Both the position numbers and the translations under genes were made by a program. Below, piece after piece: positions 42,045 to 52,504 of a stretch of DNA of 63,575 nucleotides. The stretch comes from Thecamonas trahens ATCC 50062 (lineage: Eukaryota > Protista > Apusomonadida), in contig NW_013657676.1 of the NCBI RefSeq assembly GCF_000142905.1, forward strand, positions 124,426 to 188,000. Direction: 5' to 3'. Below the pieces are notes generated by a model that was not told the origin of the DNA, searched no databases, and saw nothing but the letters and a program-made list of their open reading frames with translations. How positions within the stretch are numbered: the stretch's first letter is position 1; each line of letters opens with the position of its first letter.

Positions 42045-42400
42045 GGCAAAGGGAAGGGAAGTAGGATGTCCCAAAGATGGAGGGAGACGGGTGGGGGTAG
42101 GTGGGAGAGGGGGGGCGGGGGGGGGGGAGGGTTGAAGGAGGGGCACGATTGCGATGGCGGGTGGCATCATGGCGTGGGTCGTGGGGTGGGCGAATAGGGA
42201 AGGGAGGGGAGGGATCGGATCGGGTGCTGTGGTGGCTGGCAAGGGGGGGGGGGAGGGGGGTTGATCGGGAGCTGGTGGTGGTGTGGCCAAGCGGTGGCGC
42301 CTCGGTCACACCGGCTCGGCGACAGCTATAGACACAGCCACAGACACAGACACAGACAAAGACAAAGACAAAGCCACAGACGCCTCTCGAGAAAGAGACA

Positions 42401-43474
42401 ATGGCTGACCCAGGGACCAAGCTCCGGTATCTGGAGAAGAAGCGGGCGGCCGAGGCGGCGCGGGTGGCCGAGGAGCGCCAGACGGTGGCGGCCAAGGTGG
42501 CCAAGGCAACAGCCGTGGCCATGGCTGCCAAGTTCACCGCCGGTGGCACCGATGCCGCCGGCAACAAAGGAGGCGACGATGGCGCTCCGGCAAAGGCATA
42601 CGGTTTGCTCACCGCAGACGAGCTGCGCAAGGAGCGCGAGGCCGCTGAGGCCGCGGCCGCCCGCAAGCGCAAGGCCGGCGAGCCGGCGGCCGGCGAGCCC
42701 AAGAAAAAGAAGAAGCGCAGGAGGAAGAAGGCCGCGGCTGGCGGCGCACCATCTGGACCTCCGGCGAGCTCGGTGTTGCTCTCTTTTGCCGGCGGTGACG
42801 ATGATGACGGCGACGACGATGGGCCAGCAGTGGTGATGGCGGCATCTGTATCTGTCGCGCCGCCGCCGTCGACGGCGGCGGCGGCGAGCGCAAGCAGTGA
42901 GGCGGGCGCAGTGCGGCCCAAGATCCGCAAGAATCCAAACGTCAACACCGAGTTTCTGCCCGACGCCGAGCGCGACGCAGCCGAACAGGTCGAGCGCGAA
43001 CGGATCGCCAAAGAGTGGCTTGCGGAGCAGGACAAGGTGAAGAAGGAGAAGATCTCGATTGTGTACTCGTACTGGGACGGCGCCGGCCATCGTCGCGAGG
43101 TGACGGTGACCAAGGGCACGACCATCCGCAAGTTCCTCACCCTTGTGCGCAACAACTTTGACGCGCTCAAGCTCGCATCACCAGACCAGCTGCTGTACAT
43201 CAAGGAGGATGTCATCATTCCGCACCACTACACCTTCTACGACCTCATTGCTACGCAGGCGCGCGGCAAGTCGGGTCCGCTTTTCCAGTTTGACGTCCAC
43301 GACGATGTGCGGCTTGTCCTCGACGCTCGGGTGGAGAAGGACGAGTCCCACGCCGGCAAGGTTGTGCTCCGCCGGTGGTACGACGCCAACAAGCACACAT
43401 TTCCGGCCTCGCGGTGGGAGGTCTACGATCCGAAGAAGAACTACGGACGGTACACCATCCGCGGCAACCACTGA
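42401..43474 (+). CDS. FAM50: XAP5/FAM50 family nuclear protein
   Basis: [69 protein letters not shown]. Confidence 0.95.
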   Translation: MADPGTKLRYLEKKRAAEAARVAEERQTVAAKVAKATAVAMAAKFTAGGTDAAGNKGGDDGAPAKAYGLLTADELRKEREAAEAAAARKRKAGEPAAGEPKKKKKRRRKKAAAGGAPSGPPASSVLLSFAGGDDDDGDDDGPAVVMAASVSVAPPPSTAAAASASSEAGAVRPKIRKNPNVNTEFLPDAERDAAEQVERERIAKEWLAEQDKVKKEKISIVYSYWDGAGHRREVTVTKGTTIRKFLTLVRNNFDALKLASPDQLLYIKEDVIIPHHYTFYDLIATQARGKSGPLFQFDVHDDVRLVLDARVEKDESHAGKVVLRRWYDANKHTFPASRWEVYDPKKNYGRYTIRGNH

Positions 43475-43500
43475 CGGAAGGAAGATTACAGCCCGCGGAT

Positions 43501-45690
43501 TTATGCGCCGTTTCCGAGCGGCGTGTCCGAGACAAAGGTAAAGCCGGCAAAGTTGGACTGCTCGGCTGACGAGATGGCCGACGGCTGGGCCGGCGTGAGC
43601 ATAGCGGGCTCCTGGGTGAAGCACGGGTCAAAGTGCGAGGTGTCGGTATCCGAGGTGAGCTCGGGCTTGAACGGCGGGGTCAACTGCTTGGCCTCGAGTG
43701 CGTCAAAGTCGATGTCGTCAAAGAACGGATGAGCCTTGATCTCTTCGGCGTCGCCCGGGCCCGAGCCGAGCCGCGTCTTGGGGTTGCGGTCAAGAAGGTG
43801 CTCGAGCAGGTCGCGCGCCTGCTCCGAGAGCGAGCGCGGGTAGTAGATGTCTGCCTCGAGAATCTGAATAAAGACCTGCTCCGGGTCCGAAGCCGAGAAC
43901 GGCGAGCGGCCCGAGAGCATCTCATAGATAACGACGCCGGCAGACCACCAGTCGACCGAGGTGCCGTACGACGCGTCTTCGACAACCTCGGGCGCCAGGT
44001 ACTCGGGCGTGCCGCAAAAGGTCGACGTGGTCACCCCATACGAGATGCCCTCCTTGACAAGGCCAAAGTCGGTGATGAGGATGTGCCCGTCCTCGTCGAG
44101 GAGCAGGTTCTCGAGCTTGAGGTCGCGGTAGACAATGCCCTTGCGGTGGAGGTATCCTAGCGCGCATACAATTTCGGCCGCGTAGAACTTTGCCCGCTCC
44201 TCGGAAAACTTGCCCGAGCGCTGCATGTGGTAGAAGAGCTCGCCGCCGCGGACATAGTCCATGACAAAGTACAGGCGGTCGTCGGTCTGGAACGAGTAGT
44301 ACATACGGACCAGGAACGGGTGATCCATGGTCGAGAGGACTCGGCGCTCGGCCTGGGTGTGCTCGACCTCCTCGTGCTCGAGCACGACGTCCTTCTTGAG
44401 GATCTTGATGGCGTACAACTGCTCCTCGCCACGCTTGCGCGCGAGCATGACCTTGCCGAACGAGCCCTTGCCCAGGAGCTGGAGCAGCTCAAAGTCCTTG
44501 ATGGTCACCTTGGACGCCGCAGAGTCGTCGGCGGCGTCGGCCTCCGAGGCCGCCACCGCCGCGCCGGAGCCCTTGGACGATGCTGCAGGCACCGCCGTCC
44601 CGTCCTCGGCTTCAGTCACCGTGTACGCCTGGAGATAGTAGTAGTTGATCCACTCTTGCACAGCCTCCATCCACGAGTTCATCTCCTGCTCCGAGCCGGC
44701 AATGCAAAAGTGCTCCGTCCCGTCGCGCGTGGTGATCTGGAACGAGAACTTTTTCTTGATCTTGGCCGGCGCCACCTGCACTGTCGCCCCCTTGAGCGGA
44801 ATGCATCCTGCAGGCGTTGTGTCCTTGTGCGACCGAAAGTAGAGCGCAAGGCCATTGGCCATCCGGTAGAACCGCCGCTTGTAGTTCTTGACAAAGTGTC
44901 CGCGCTTGACCAGATACCCTTCCTTCAGCGGCGGCGCCTTGATGTTGACTGGCCTCAGCACCAGCTTGCACTCGGCCGCCAAATCTGCCGGCCATCCCTT
45001 TTGCACCACCAGTGGCTTTTCATCTATGCCCAGCTTGCGGACTGTAGCGGGGATGATAGGTAGTGTGTCATGGGGGGAGTGAGACGACGGCCGTGGGTGG
45101 GGGGGAGGGGGGAAAAACCAAGAACACACACATACACACACACACACATACGGGTGGTGATGGAAAGGGGAGGGGGGGGGGGGGGGAGGAGGTCACAGGA
45201 GAGGGGAGGGGGGAGGACGAGGAAGGCGGTGGAGGTAAGGGGGCAGGGGAAGGGCGGGGAAGGCGGTAGGGGGAGGGTGGTCCTTTGGGCTGTGGGCTGG
45301 GGANNNNNNNNNNNNNNNNNNNNNNNNNNNNNNNNNNNNNNNNNNNNNNNNNNNNNNNNNNNNNNNNNNNNNNNNNNNNNNNNNNNNNNNNNNNNNNNNN
45401 NNNGGTAGCCAGGGTGGCAAGGGGGGTGGGGGGTGGGGGGGGTGGGGGACTGGGGGGTGGGGGGGTGGTGGGGGGGTGGTGGGGGGTAAGGGGTGGGGAG
45501 GGTCCGGCAACGTACGCGGCGAGCCCGAGCCGGCTTGCTCGTAGAGGGCGTACTCGTCGTACGAGCCGCAGAGCTTGTTCTTGTCAAAGATCATCTTGGT
45601 CACGGCTGTGACATCAGTCTCTGGCGTGAGGGGGACAGACCGGAAGGAGCCATCCGGAAAGTGGATCCTCACCACCTGGCCGGCCGACAT
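43501..45690 (-). CDS. Akt/PKB-like AGC kinase with N-terminal RA-like and PH domains (intron 45042-45515)
   Basis: RA-like VRIHFPDGSFRSV..YALYE..|LRKL..DEKPL; PH KEGYLVKRG...KRRF...W; GKGSFGKV, YRDLKLEN, TFCGTPEYLAPE; hydrophobic motif FAGFTF. Confidence 0.9.
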
Positions 45691-46200
45691 TGCTGAGAGG
45701 AATACCACCGACTCGCCGCCGCCAATGCCGCTGTGGCCGTCCGCCGGCTGTGCTGGTGGCAGGGCAATTCCACGATTTGGTGGCAGGGACGGGGGGGGGG
45801 GGAGGGGGGAGGGAGGATCTGCAGGGAAAAATTGGGGAAAGAAGTGAAGGACGACGGAGGAGGGGGGGGGGGGGGGTGGATGGACGGAGAGAAGGAAGTG
45901 TGGCACAGGATAGAGGCAGAGGAGGTAGGACGCCTAAAGCCGACGTACTATAGGGGGAGGGAGGGGGGAGGGGGAGGGGGAGGGGGGATCCCACAACTAG
46001 TCGACTTGCAGCAGTGTAGGGCTACAAGTCACGTGGCCGGAACGATGGACACGTGACATTAGACGACATTCCGGGATGGCGTCACACACATCGCCGACAT
46101 GGGAAAACCTCGGCCGGTGCTGAGCCATTCACGCACAAGCGAGTCGCCACACACACAGAAACACACACACGCACACACGCGCACGATCACAGACACCACC

Positions 46201-47889
46201 ATGAACAAGAGAGACAAAGTCGTGGAGCTCGCGCGCTACTTTGCTAACGAGCTCGGGTACCGGGTGCCAACGGCGACGCGGCTCGAGGCTCGGGAAAGCC
46301 TCCGTGCACTACTGACGGTTCGTCCGCCGGGGCCGGTGAACGACGACGAGATGCAGGCGGCGCTGGACGATCTGCTCCGGGCCGAGGTGGAAGCACGCGG
46401 CATTGTGCAGCCACGCGCGGCTGCCGGCAAGACGCAGGTCGGATTAATGGGACTCTGGCGCGGCGACATCCGGCTTGTGGCCGCCGACGTGGTGGTCAAC
46501 CCAGCCAACTCGGCGCTGCTCGGGTGCTTCCGTCCGGAGCACAAGTGCGTGGACAACATCCTACATGCTGCAGGCGGGCCGGCCATCCGTGCCGAGTGTG
46601 CAGAGCGCCGCGCGCATGGCGATGCCGAGCCAGTCGGCTCGGCCCTGCTCACTACCGCCGGCGTGCTGCCGGCGCAGTACATGGCGCACACAGTCGGTCC
46701 GCAGATCAGCGGGCCGGTGACGGCCGCCAACGAGGCCGGCCTTGCCGCGTGCTACACCTCGGTCCTCGACGCTGCTGCAGCCGTTGACGCGGCGTCGGTC
46801 GCCTTTCCCTGCATCTCCACCGGCCTCTTTGCCTTTCCCAAGCGCCGCGCCGCCGAGATCGCGGTCGCCACGGTCTCGGACTGGCTCGCTGCCCGCAAGG
46901 TGCGCGACGCGCCGGACATCTTTGTTCTCTTTGTGGCGTACACTGACGATGACGAGGCCGGGCTTGCTGCTGCGCTTGGGCTCGAGTCTTCGACAACGGA
47001 AGCCGCCGCCGCTGCCCGAACCGAGGCCATCGTCGCGCGAGTCGCCGCCGCGCTCGCCGCCGCCGACGGGGTCCTCGTCACGTGTGGTGCAGGGCTCTCG
47101 GCCGCTGCTGGCGTCGACTACACCTCTGCGGAAGTCCACGCCCGCTTCTTCCCTGACATGGTTGCCCGCGGTTACACCAACATGTACCAGTACATCGGCG
47201 GCGCGCCGCGCGATCCGGCGGTCAAGTGGGGCTACTTGGCGCGTCAGGTCAAGGAAGTTCGGTTTGGCACCGACATGATAGTTCACGACACATACGATCG
47301 CCTGCGTACACTCGTGGGCGACCTTCCGTATTTTTGCCTCACCTCCAACGTCGACGGCCTTCTGCACCGACTCGGCCACTTTGACCCGCGGCGGGTTGTC
47401 GAGCGCCAGGGCAGCTACGCGCTGATGCAGTGTCTCGAGTCTGAGTGCAGCTCCGAGCCGTGGCCATCCGAGCCGGAGCTCGATCGCCTGCGAGCAAGCC
47501 TAGCCGACGACGGCACTACGTCGGCGCCGCCGCCGGTCTGCCCAGTCTGCGGCTCGGAAAACGTCTTCCTCAACGTCCGCGGCGGCGCGTGGTTCGACGA
47601 ACGCCCGCGTGAGGCAGCCGAGGCAGATCTCGCCGCCTTTCTGGACGGCTTTGCCGTTGACGACAATCTGATTGTTCTCGAGATTGGCGTCGGCTACAAC
47701 ACCCCGACCGTCATCCGCCGGCCGAACGAGCAGCTTGTAGCCCGTCAGCGAGGCGCCACCCTCATCCGGATCAACACCGACCACGCGCACGCGCCCGAAG
47801 CCATCGAGTCGCAGACCGTCCTTGTCCCGATGGACGCCAACGCCTTTCTGCGCGCCATTGCCGAGACTACTCAAGCAGCCACCGAGTAA
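46201..47889 (+). CDS. Zn-macrodomain-class M sirtuin (SirTM) fusion
   Basis: WRGDI, VNPANSALLGCFRPEHKCVDN (Zn loop), HTVGP, FPCISTGLF; sirtuin GAGLSAAAG, TSNVDG, ERQG (Gln at the catalytic His position), LEIGVGYNTP. Confidence 0.92.
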   Translation: MNKRDKVVELARYFANELGYRVPTATRLEARESLRALLTVRPPGPVNDDEMQAALDDLLRAEVEARGIVQPRAAAGKTQVGLMGLWRGDIRLVAADVVVNPANSALLGCFRPEHKCVDNILHAAGGPAIRAECAERRAHGDAEPVGSALLTTAGVLPAQYMAHTVGPQISGPVTAANEAGLAACYTSVLDAAAAVDAASVAFPCISTGLFAFPKRRAAEIAVATVSDWLAARKVRDAPDIFVLFVAYTDDDEAGLAAALGLESSTTEAAAAARTEAIVARVAAALAAADGVLVTCGAGLSAAAGVDYTSAEVHARFFPDMVARGYTNMYQYIGGAPRDPAVKWGYLARQVKEVRFGTDMIVHDTYDRLRTLVGDLPYFCLTSNVDGLLHRLGHFDPRRVVERQGSYALMQCLESECSSEPWPSEPELDRLRASLADDGTTSAPPPVCPVCGSENVFLNVRGGAWFDERPREAAEADLAAFLDGFAVDDNLIVLEIGVGYNTPTVIRRPNEQLVARQRGATLIRINTDHAHAPEAIESQTVLVPMDANAFLRAIAETTQAATE

Positions 47890-48155
47890 ATGTGTCACTG
47901 CGCCGCCACGCGACCGCCAGTCGTCATGCCGAACAGCCGGCTCTCACCACTCGACTCGCTCCGACTCGCGCAGGCGCAGCCGACCAAGCAGAAACAGGCC
48001 AGTGCGGGGTTGTCGACGCGGCAAAGGCAGTGAGTGGGACGGTGGACGGTCAGCGTCGAGGAGCTGGCATCTGTGCATCCGCACACTCATCCGCAACTTG
48101 GGAAGGTCGCTGCAGAACAGCACGGTCGGTCTGAGGAGAGCAAGCGACGCGAGCA

Positions 48156-48899
48156 ATGGCGGCGTATCCAGAGAGTGAGGCTGCGCAGCGAGCACTTGTT
48201 GGTGACGGATGGGTGTTCGAGTCAGACTACGCTGAGAAGGCCGGACCCGAGTGGCTGGACGAGTCGCTGGAGCGGTGGGCCGAGCTGGATGCCACCGTCC
48301 GCAGAGTAGGCCCGATGGGCGACGATGGCAGCGAGTGCATCCCCATCAAGGCCTTTGCCAATGCTACGACATGTCTTGTCTCCATCCTCATCCACATCGG
48401 CGCGACGAGGACAAAGTTCATCCGCGACGACCTCAACATGCGGCTCGAGCAGGTGCGGACCAAGTACGCCGAGCGGGGCGAGCAGCCCGAGGATGTGGTG
48501 AGCGCCGTCGATGCCGACTATGCGCTTCGCGACCCAATCATGCACCTCAAGCGCGGAATCTCCTTCATCGCGCTCATGCTCGACAAGTTCTGCTCCACAG
48601 ACTGGTCGCTCCGGGCCGCAGCCAAGGACGCGTACTCGGTCACGCTCGGCATCCACCACGGATGGTCGGTCCGATCCGCCGTCAAGCTCGCCCTTTACGC
48701 GCTTCCATCGCGCGACACGTTCCTGGAGACACTCTCGCCGGGTGACAAGGAGCAGGCCCGCGTCAAGCTCCACAAGCTCTTTGCCTACGTCTGGCCCCGG
48801 GCGCTCTTCCTCAACAGTCTCTACGCCGCCCGCGACTACGACGATCAACTCCCCGGCGACGCATCCGTCTCTGGCACTGCGCCTAGCATCGAGGACTGA
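48156..48899 (+). CDS. Glycolipid transfer protein (GLTP)-fold protein
   Basis: F.RDD...RL, LKRGISF, AYSVTL..HHGW.VR.AV.LA...LPSRD.F. Confidence 0.8.
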   Translation: MAAYPESEAAQRALVGDGWVFESDYAEKAGPEWLDESLERWAELDATVRRVGPMGDDGSECIPIKAFANATTCLVSILIHIGATRTKFIRDDLNMRLEQVRTKYAERGEQPEDVVSAVDADYALRDPIMHLKRGISFIALMLDKFCSTDWSLRAAAKDAYSVTLGIHHGWSVRSAVKLALYALPSRDTFLETLSPGDKEQARVKLHKLFAYVWPRALFLNSLYAARDYDDQLPGDASVSGTAPSIED

Positions 48900-49028
48900 G
48901 AGCCTTGTCCAGACCCCCACCGCAATCTAAATGCGCCCCCGTAACTGGCTTGATCCGTCGCGTACTCCGCTCGCCCTGCTCGCCCTGCTCACCCCTCGCC
49001 CACCTCTCCTCTCCTCAACAGGCAGGTC

Positions 49029-50924
49029 ATGCGCGCCAGCCCGCGACGGCGACGGCGCGACATCGCCGAGGTCATGGCCGAAGAGCGGCGGGTGGCGGCG
49101 TGGCGGCGTGGCGGGCGCGGGACCTCGCGCGGGACGAGGCGCGGGCGCGGGACAGGCCGGCGGCCGCGAGGAGGCGCGACTGGCTCGCCGCAGCTGGCAC
49201 AGACGCTCGACGCCACGCCGGCGCACCGTAGGGCCCACGAAAAGGCAAGGCTACATGCGCTAGCCGCGCGGCGTGGCGTTCTCCTCGCTGACCACGTGTC
49301 GGAGCATAGTCCCGGCGCCCGGCGACAGCCCCGCCTCACTGCCAGGCGTTCACCCTCACCGCCACCGTCAGCCGCCGCCGCCGACTGGCGTTGGGGCGAG
49401 CCGCTGGTATCCGATCCTCCGCCGCCACCGCTTGCCCAGCCCTCAGCAGATGCTCAGCTTGCTGTGGTGCGGAGGCTGGCAGATCTTGCGTTCCTGGACG
49501 CGGTCGTCCGCCGACCTGACGCCAGCGACTCTCTGCTTGCTTCTGGCTCTGGTGCCGGCGCGAGCAGCGGCTGTGGTAGTGACAGTGGCAGTGTCAGCGA
49601 CGACGATCCGTGGGCAGCATGGGAGCTGGCACTACCGGCGCCGTCCCCGCGCCCGCAAGCCGAGTATGAGTACGAGTACGAGTATGAGCTTTTGGATGGC
49701 TCGTCCGAGCAGCAGATGCAGACGCCTGCTCGCCAGCTGCCACTCCCGATGTCTGAGACCCTCTGGCGGGCTGAGCACGAGCACGAGCAAGAGCAGGAGC
49801 AGGAGCAGGCTCCAACGCCGCGACTCGATACGCCGATCCCAGTCCCACCTCCACGCTCGGCGCCTGCATCTCCAGCTGCAACGTCAGTGCGGACTTGCAT
49901 CCAGAACGAGCTAGATGCTGATGTGCAGAACCTCCGTGTGCAAGCCACGGTGCAAGCGGCCAAGGTGACGCCGGCGCGCGAGGTCCAGAGCATCGAGGTG
50001 GATGCCGACAAGCGGCCGTCTGCGCCTGGCTCGCCGTATGTGCAGAACGCGTGGTTTCAGGCGACGCTTCGGTCTGCTGATCCGACAGAGTCGTCCCAGG
50101 TTGAAACGCTCGACGACGCCACTGTCAAGATGTTGCGGGAGCGGCAGGCAGCAGTGGCAGCGGGTACTATTGCGTCTCCGATGAGGACGCCCGCTCGGCG
50201 GGGCCGGCGGCGCGTGCCGCGGGTCGACGACGAAACGCCGATGGAGGCTCAACTGCAGCGGGCGATGGCCGCGGGTGCAGACGCGCTGTTTGTGTTTGAG
50301 CTGGCAAACGGTGAGGCCATGCATGTGCCGGCGCGGCTGGCGCAGGCTTGCCTGGCTCTCCCACGGCTGGCTCGCCACGGCGCCTCGTTTTTCTGGCCAG
50401 GCCTCGCCGCGCACGTTGCTGCCGACGCGCTACGGTTTGTGCAGGGTCCGGTCGAGTGGATGGAGGCGTTTCTCGAGGCCGAGGTTGGTGCCGACGAGAC
50501 CTGGCGCCTGCTCCTTGCGGCCGACCTGCTCCAGATTCCGTCGCTCTTTGTCTTTTTAGCCACCCACGTCCTGCACACTGCTGGCAGCGAGCGGCTGCGC
50601 GCGTTTCTGGCCTCGTCGTTCATCCTTGCGCATTCGGTCGATCAGATTGTCGAGCTGCAGCGGCTGATGTACACGCCCAAGAATGGCCCGCTCTGGGACG
50701 CCATTCATAGCCTCAAGCTGAAAGCGCTCGAGCGCGAGACTCGCCAGCTTGCAGCCGATCATGCTGCATCGCCGGGAGCTGCCACCCTCCACGCCTACCA
50801 GACAGCGGGCTCGCTCGCGGTGGCTTACAGCCCGGTCAACCGCAAGCATCAGCGGATTCCAGTGAGAGTGCCCAAGACGCCGCGACAGCTGCACCACGAT
50901 GCCGGCATGGTGGGCTTGGACTGA
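49029..50924 (+). CDS. Hypothetical protein with possible BTB/SKP1-like domain
   Basis: Long ORF with a disordered N-terminal half; WRLLLAADLLQIPSL resembles the BTB/Skp1 LL.AA.YL motif. Confidence 0.5.
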   Translation: MRASPRRRRRDIAEVMAEERRVAAWRRGGRGTSRGTRRGRGTGRRPRGGATGSPQLAQTLDATPAHRRAHEKARLHALAARRGVLLADHVSEHSPGARRQPRLTARRSPSPPPSAAAADWRWGEPLVSDPPPPPLAQPSADAQLAVVRRLADLAFLDAVVRRPDASDSLLASGSGAGASSGCGSDSGSVSDDDPWAAWELALPAPSPRPQAEYEYEYEYELLDGSSEQQMQTPARQLPLPMSETLWRAEHEHEQEQEQEQAPTPRLDTPIPVPPPRSAPASPAATSVRTCIQNELDADVQNLRVQATVQAAKVTPAREVQSIEVDADKRPSAPGSPYVQNAWFQATLRSADPTESSQVETLDDATVKMLRERQAAVAAGTIASPMRTPARRGRRRVPRVDDETPMEAQLQRAMAAGADALFVFELANGEAMHVPARLAQACLALPRLARHGASFFWPGLAAHVAADALRFVQGPVEWMEAFLEAEVGADETWRLLLAADLLQIPSLFVFLATHVLHTAGSERLRAFLASSFILAHSVDQIVELQRLMYTPKNGPLWDAIHSLKLKALERETRQLAADHAASPGAATLHAYQTAGSLAVAYSPVNRKHQRIPVRVPKTPRQLHHDAGMVGLD

Positions 50925-50955
50925 AAGAGAGGGAAAAAGGGATGTTGTCACTGGG

Positions 50956-52378
50956 TCAGAGAATGACGGCCACAACAAGTGCCGCTGCCACCGCCACCGT
51001 CGCCGCTGCCAGGCCCGGACCGGAGGCACGCGCCGACGAGCATTGCTGCGATGTCGAGCCAGATGTCGTCGTCTTGCGGCGATGGACGGTGATCTCGCCG
51101 GCGCTGACGTCCGATACGGCATACACAAGCTCAAATCCGGTCTGGGTGCCGAACTCCGCGGATGTGGCGCCCGAGACCGAGGTCGAGAGAAGAGACTTGG
51201 TTCCCGAAGTAATGTCGGTGAGCGCGGACGGAGCCTGGAGCGCACGGCAAAGGACGTCCTTGCACTCGGTGGTGATGAGCGGGGCCACGTTGCTGACCGG
51301 CAGCGACCAAACGACGGGGATGGAAGCTGCGCCAAAGAGCGGCGAGTTCGTGGCGAGGCCCCACTGAAGAGTGGCCTTCTGGTCGTCGGAGAGGTCATTG
51401 GCGTAGCTGGACGGGAGCGACGGCGCGACCATGGCGTGCATGACGCTCTGGAACGACGCCTTGCACGTCTCGGTCTTGCAGCGGACAAAGGTCGTCGAGC
51501 CGTCAGCATGGGCCATGAACAAGGCCGGGAGATCAGCAATAAGGCCAATGCTCATCGAGATAAGCGACGCTCCGGGCGCGCACGAGTAGCCCGGCGCTTG
51601 CGGCTGGTACTGCTGGCCGAGCACGAGATCACTCGTCGACGAGCAGGTGATGGTGTTGCAGGTGTAGTAGACGAGCTGAGTCGGCGAACTCGACGGCAAA
51701 GTGCACGACGAGAGCGCAATGGCGATGCCGACACGACCAGATGGGAGGACCACGCTTGCAGTGGCAACTTGCCGCGGAAGTATCATCGATCCAGGCGCTG
51801 GCGGGCGGGTCGGCTGGACGAGCGAGAGCGAGGTGCACTCGATCTGATGGCAGCGCGCAATGACCGTCGACGTCGACGCAATCGACGGCGTAAAAGTAAA
51901 AAGACCGGGCCGCGCTCACCGTTCGGCATGTACGATATCGTCGAGGCGATGTTGATGTCGCGTGGGCCGAAGAACCCGATCGTAGAGTTGGTATGGGTCG
52001 CCACCGTCCGCGTCGCGCACTGGCTGGCGCACACGACCGTGATGATCGTTTCCGCGTCGCCGATGACAACAACTGCATCGCCAGAAATGTCGGCGACGGC
52101 CACCTTGGCCGCACCGGTTGCACTCACATCCTCGTTGAACTTTTCAGTACATGATGAGGTACAGGTGTACACCCGTATCTTGCCTGACGTGCCAGAGCTG
52201 GTGAGAACGGCGATAACCGAGCCGAACCCGGTGCTTGAGGGCGTGACGGCGGTTGCAACAGCAGTGGCTGACGGCAAAGTTGCAATTTTTCAGTTCTGGT
52301 GACCTGAGCAGACGAGGCCGCGACGCAGACGAGGAGGGCAATGAGGGTAGCAGATGCAAACGTGCGGTGCATCCACAT
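50956..52378 (-). CDS. Secreted, possibly GPI-anchored Cys-repeat surface protein with two frameshifts (52286-90 and 51898-902)
   Basis: Signal peptide, repeated C-x3/4-C units and a hydrophobic C-terminus; three ORF pieces join by adding one base at each 5-nt homopolymer. Confidence 0.7.
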
Positions 52379-52504
52379 GGGTATACTTTGATGCTTTGAT
52401 AGAGACGTATGCGAGTGATGTCTCAGGCCAAGTGGACACTATTGCGCAGCACGCGACTGCGGCACGAGTTGATTCAAAGAACCAAACAATTTGAACTCAA
52501 CTCC

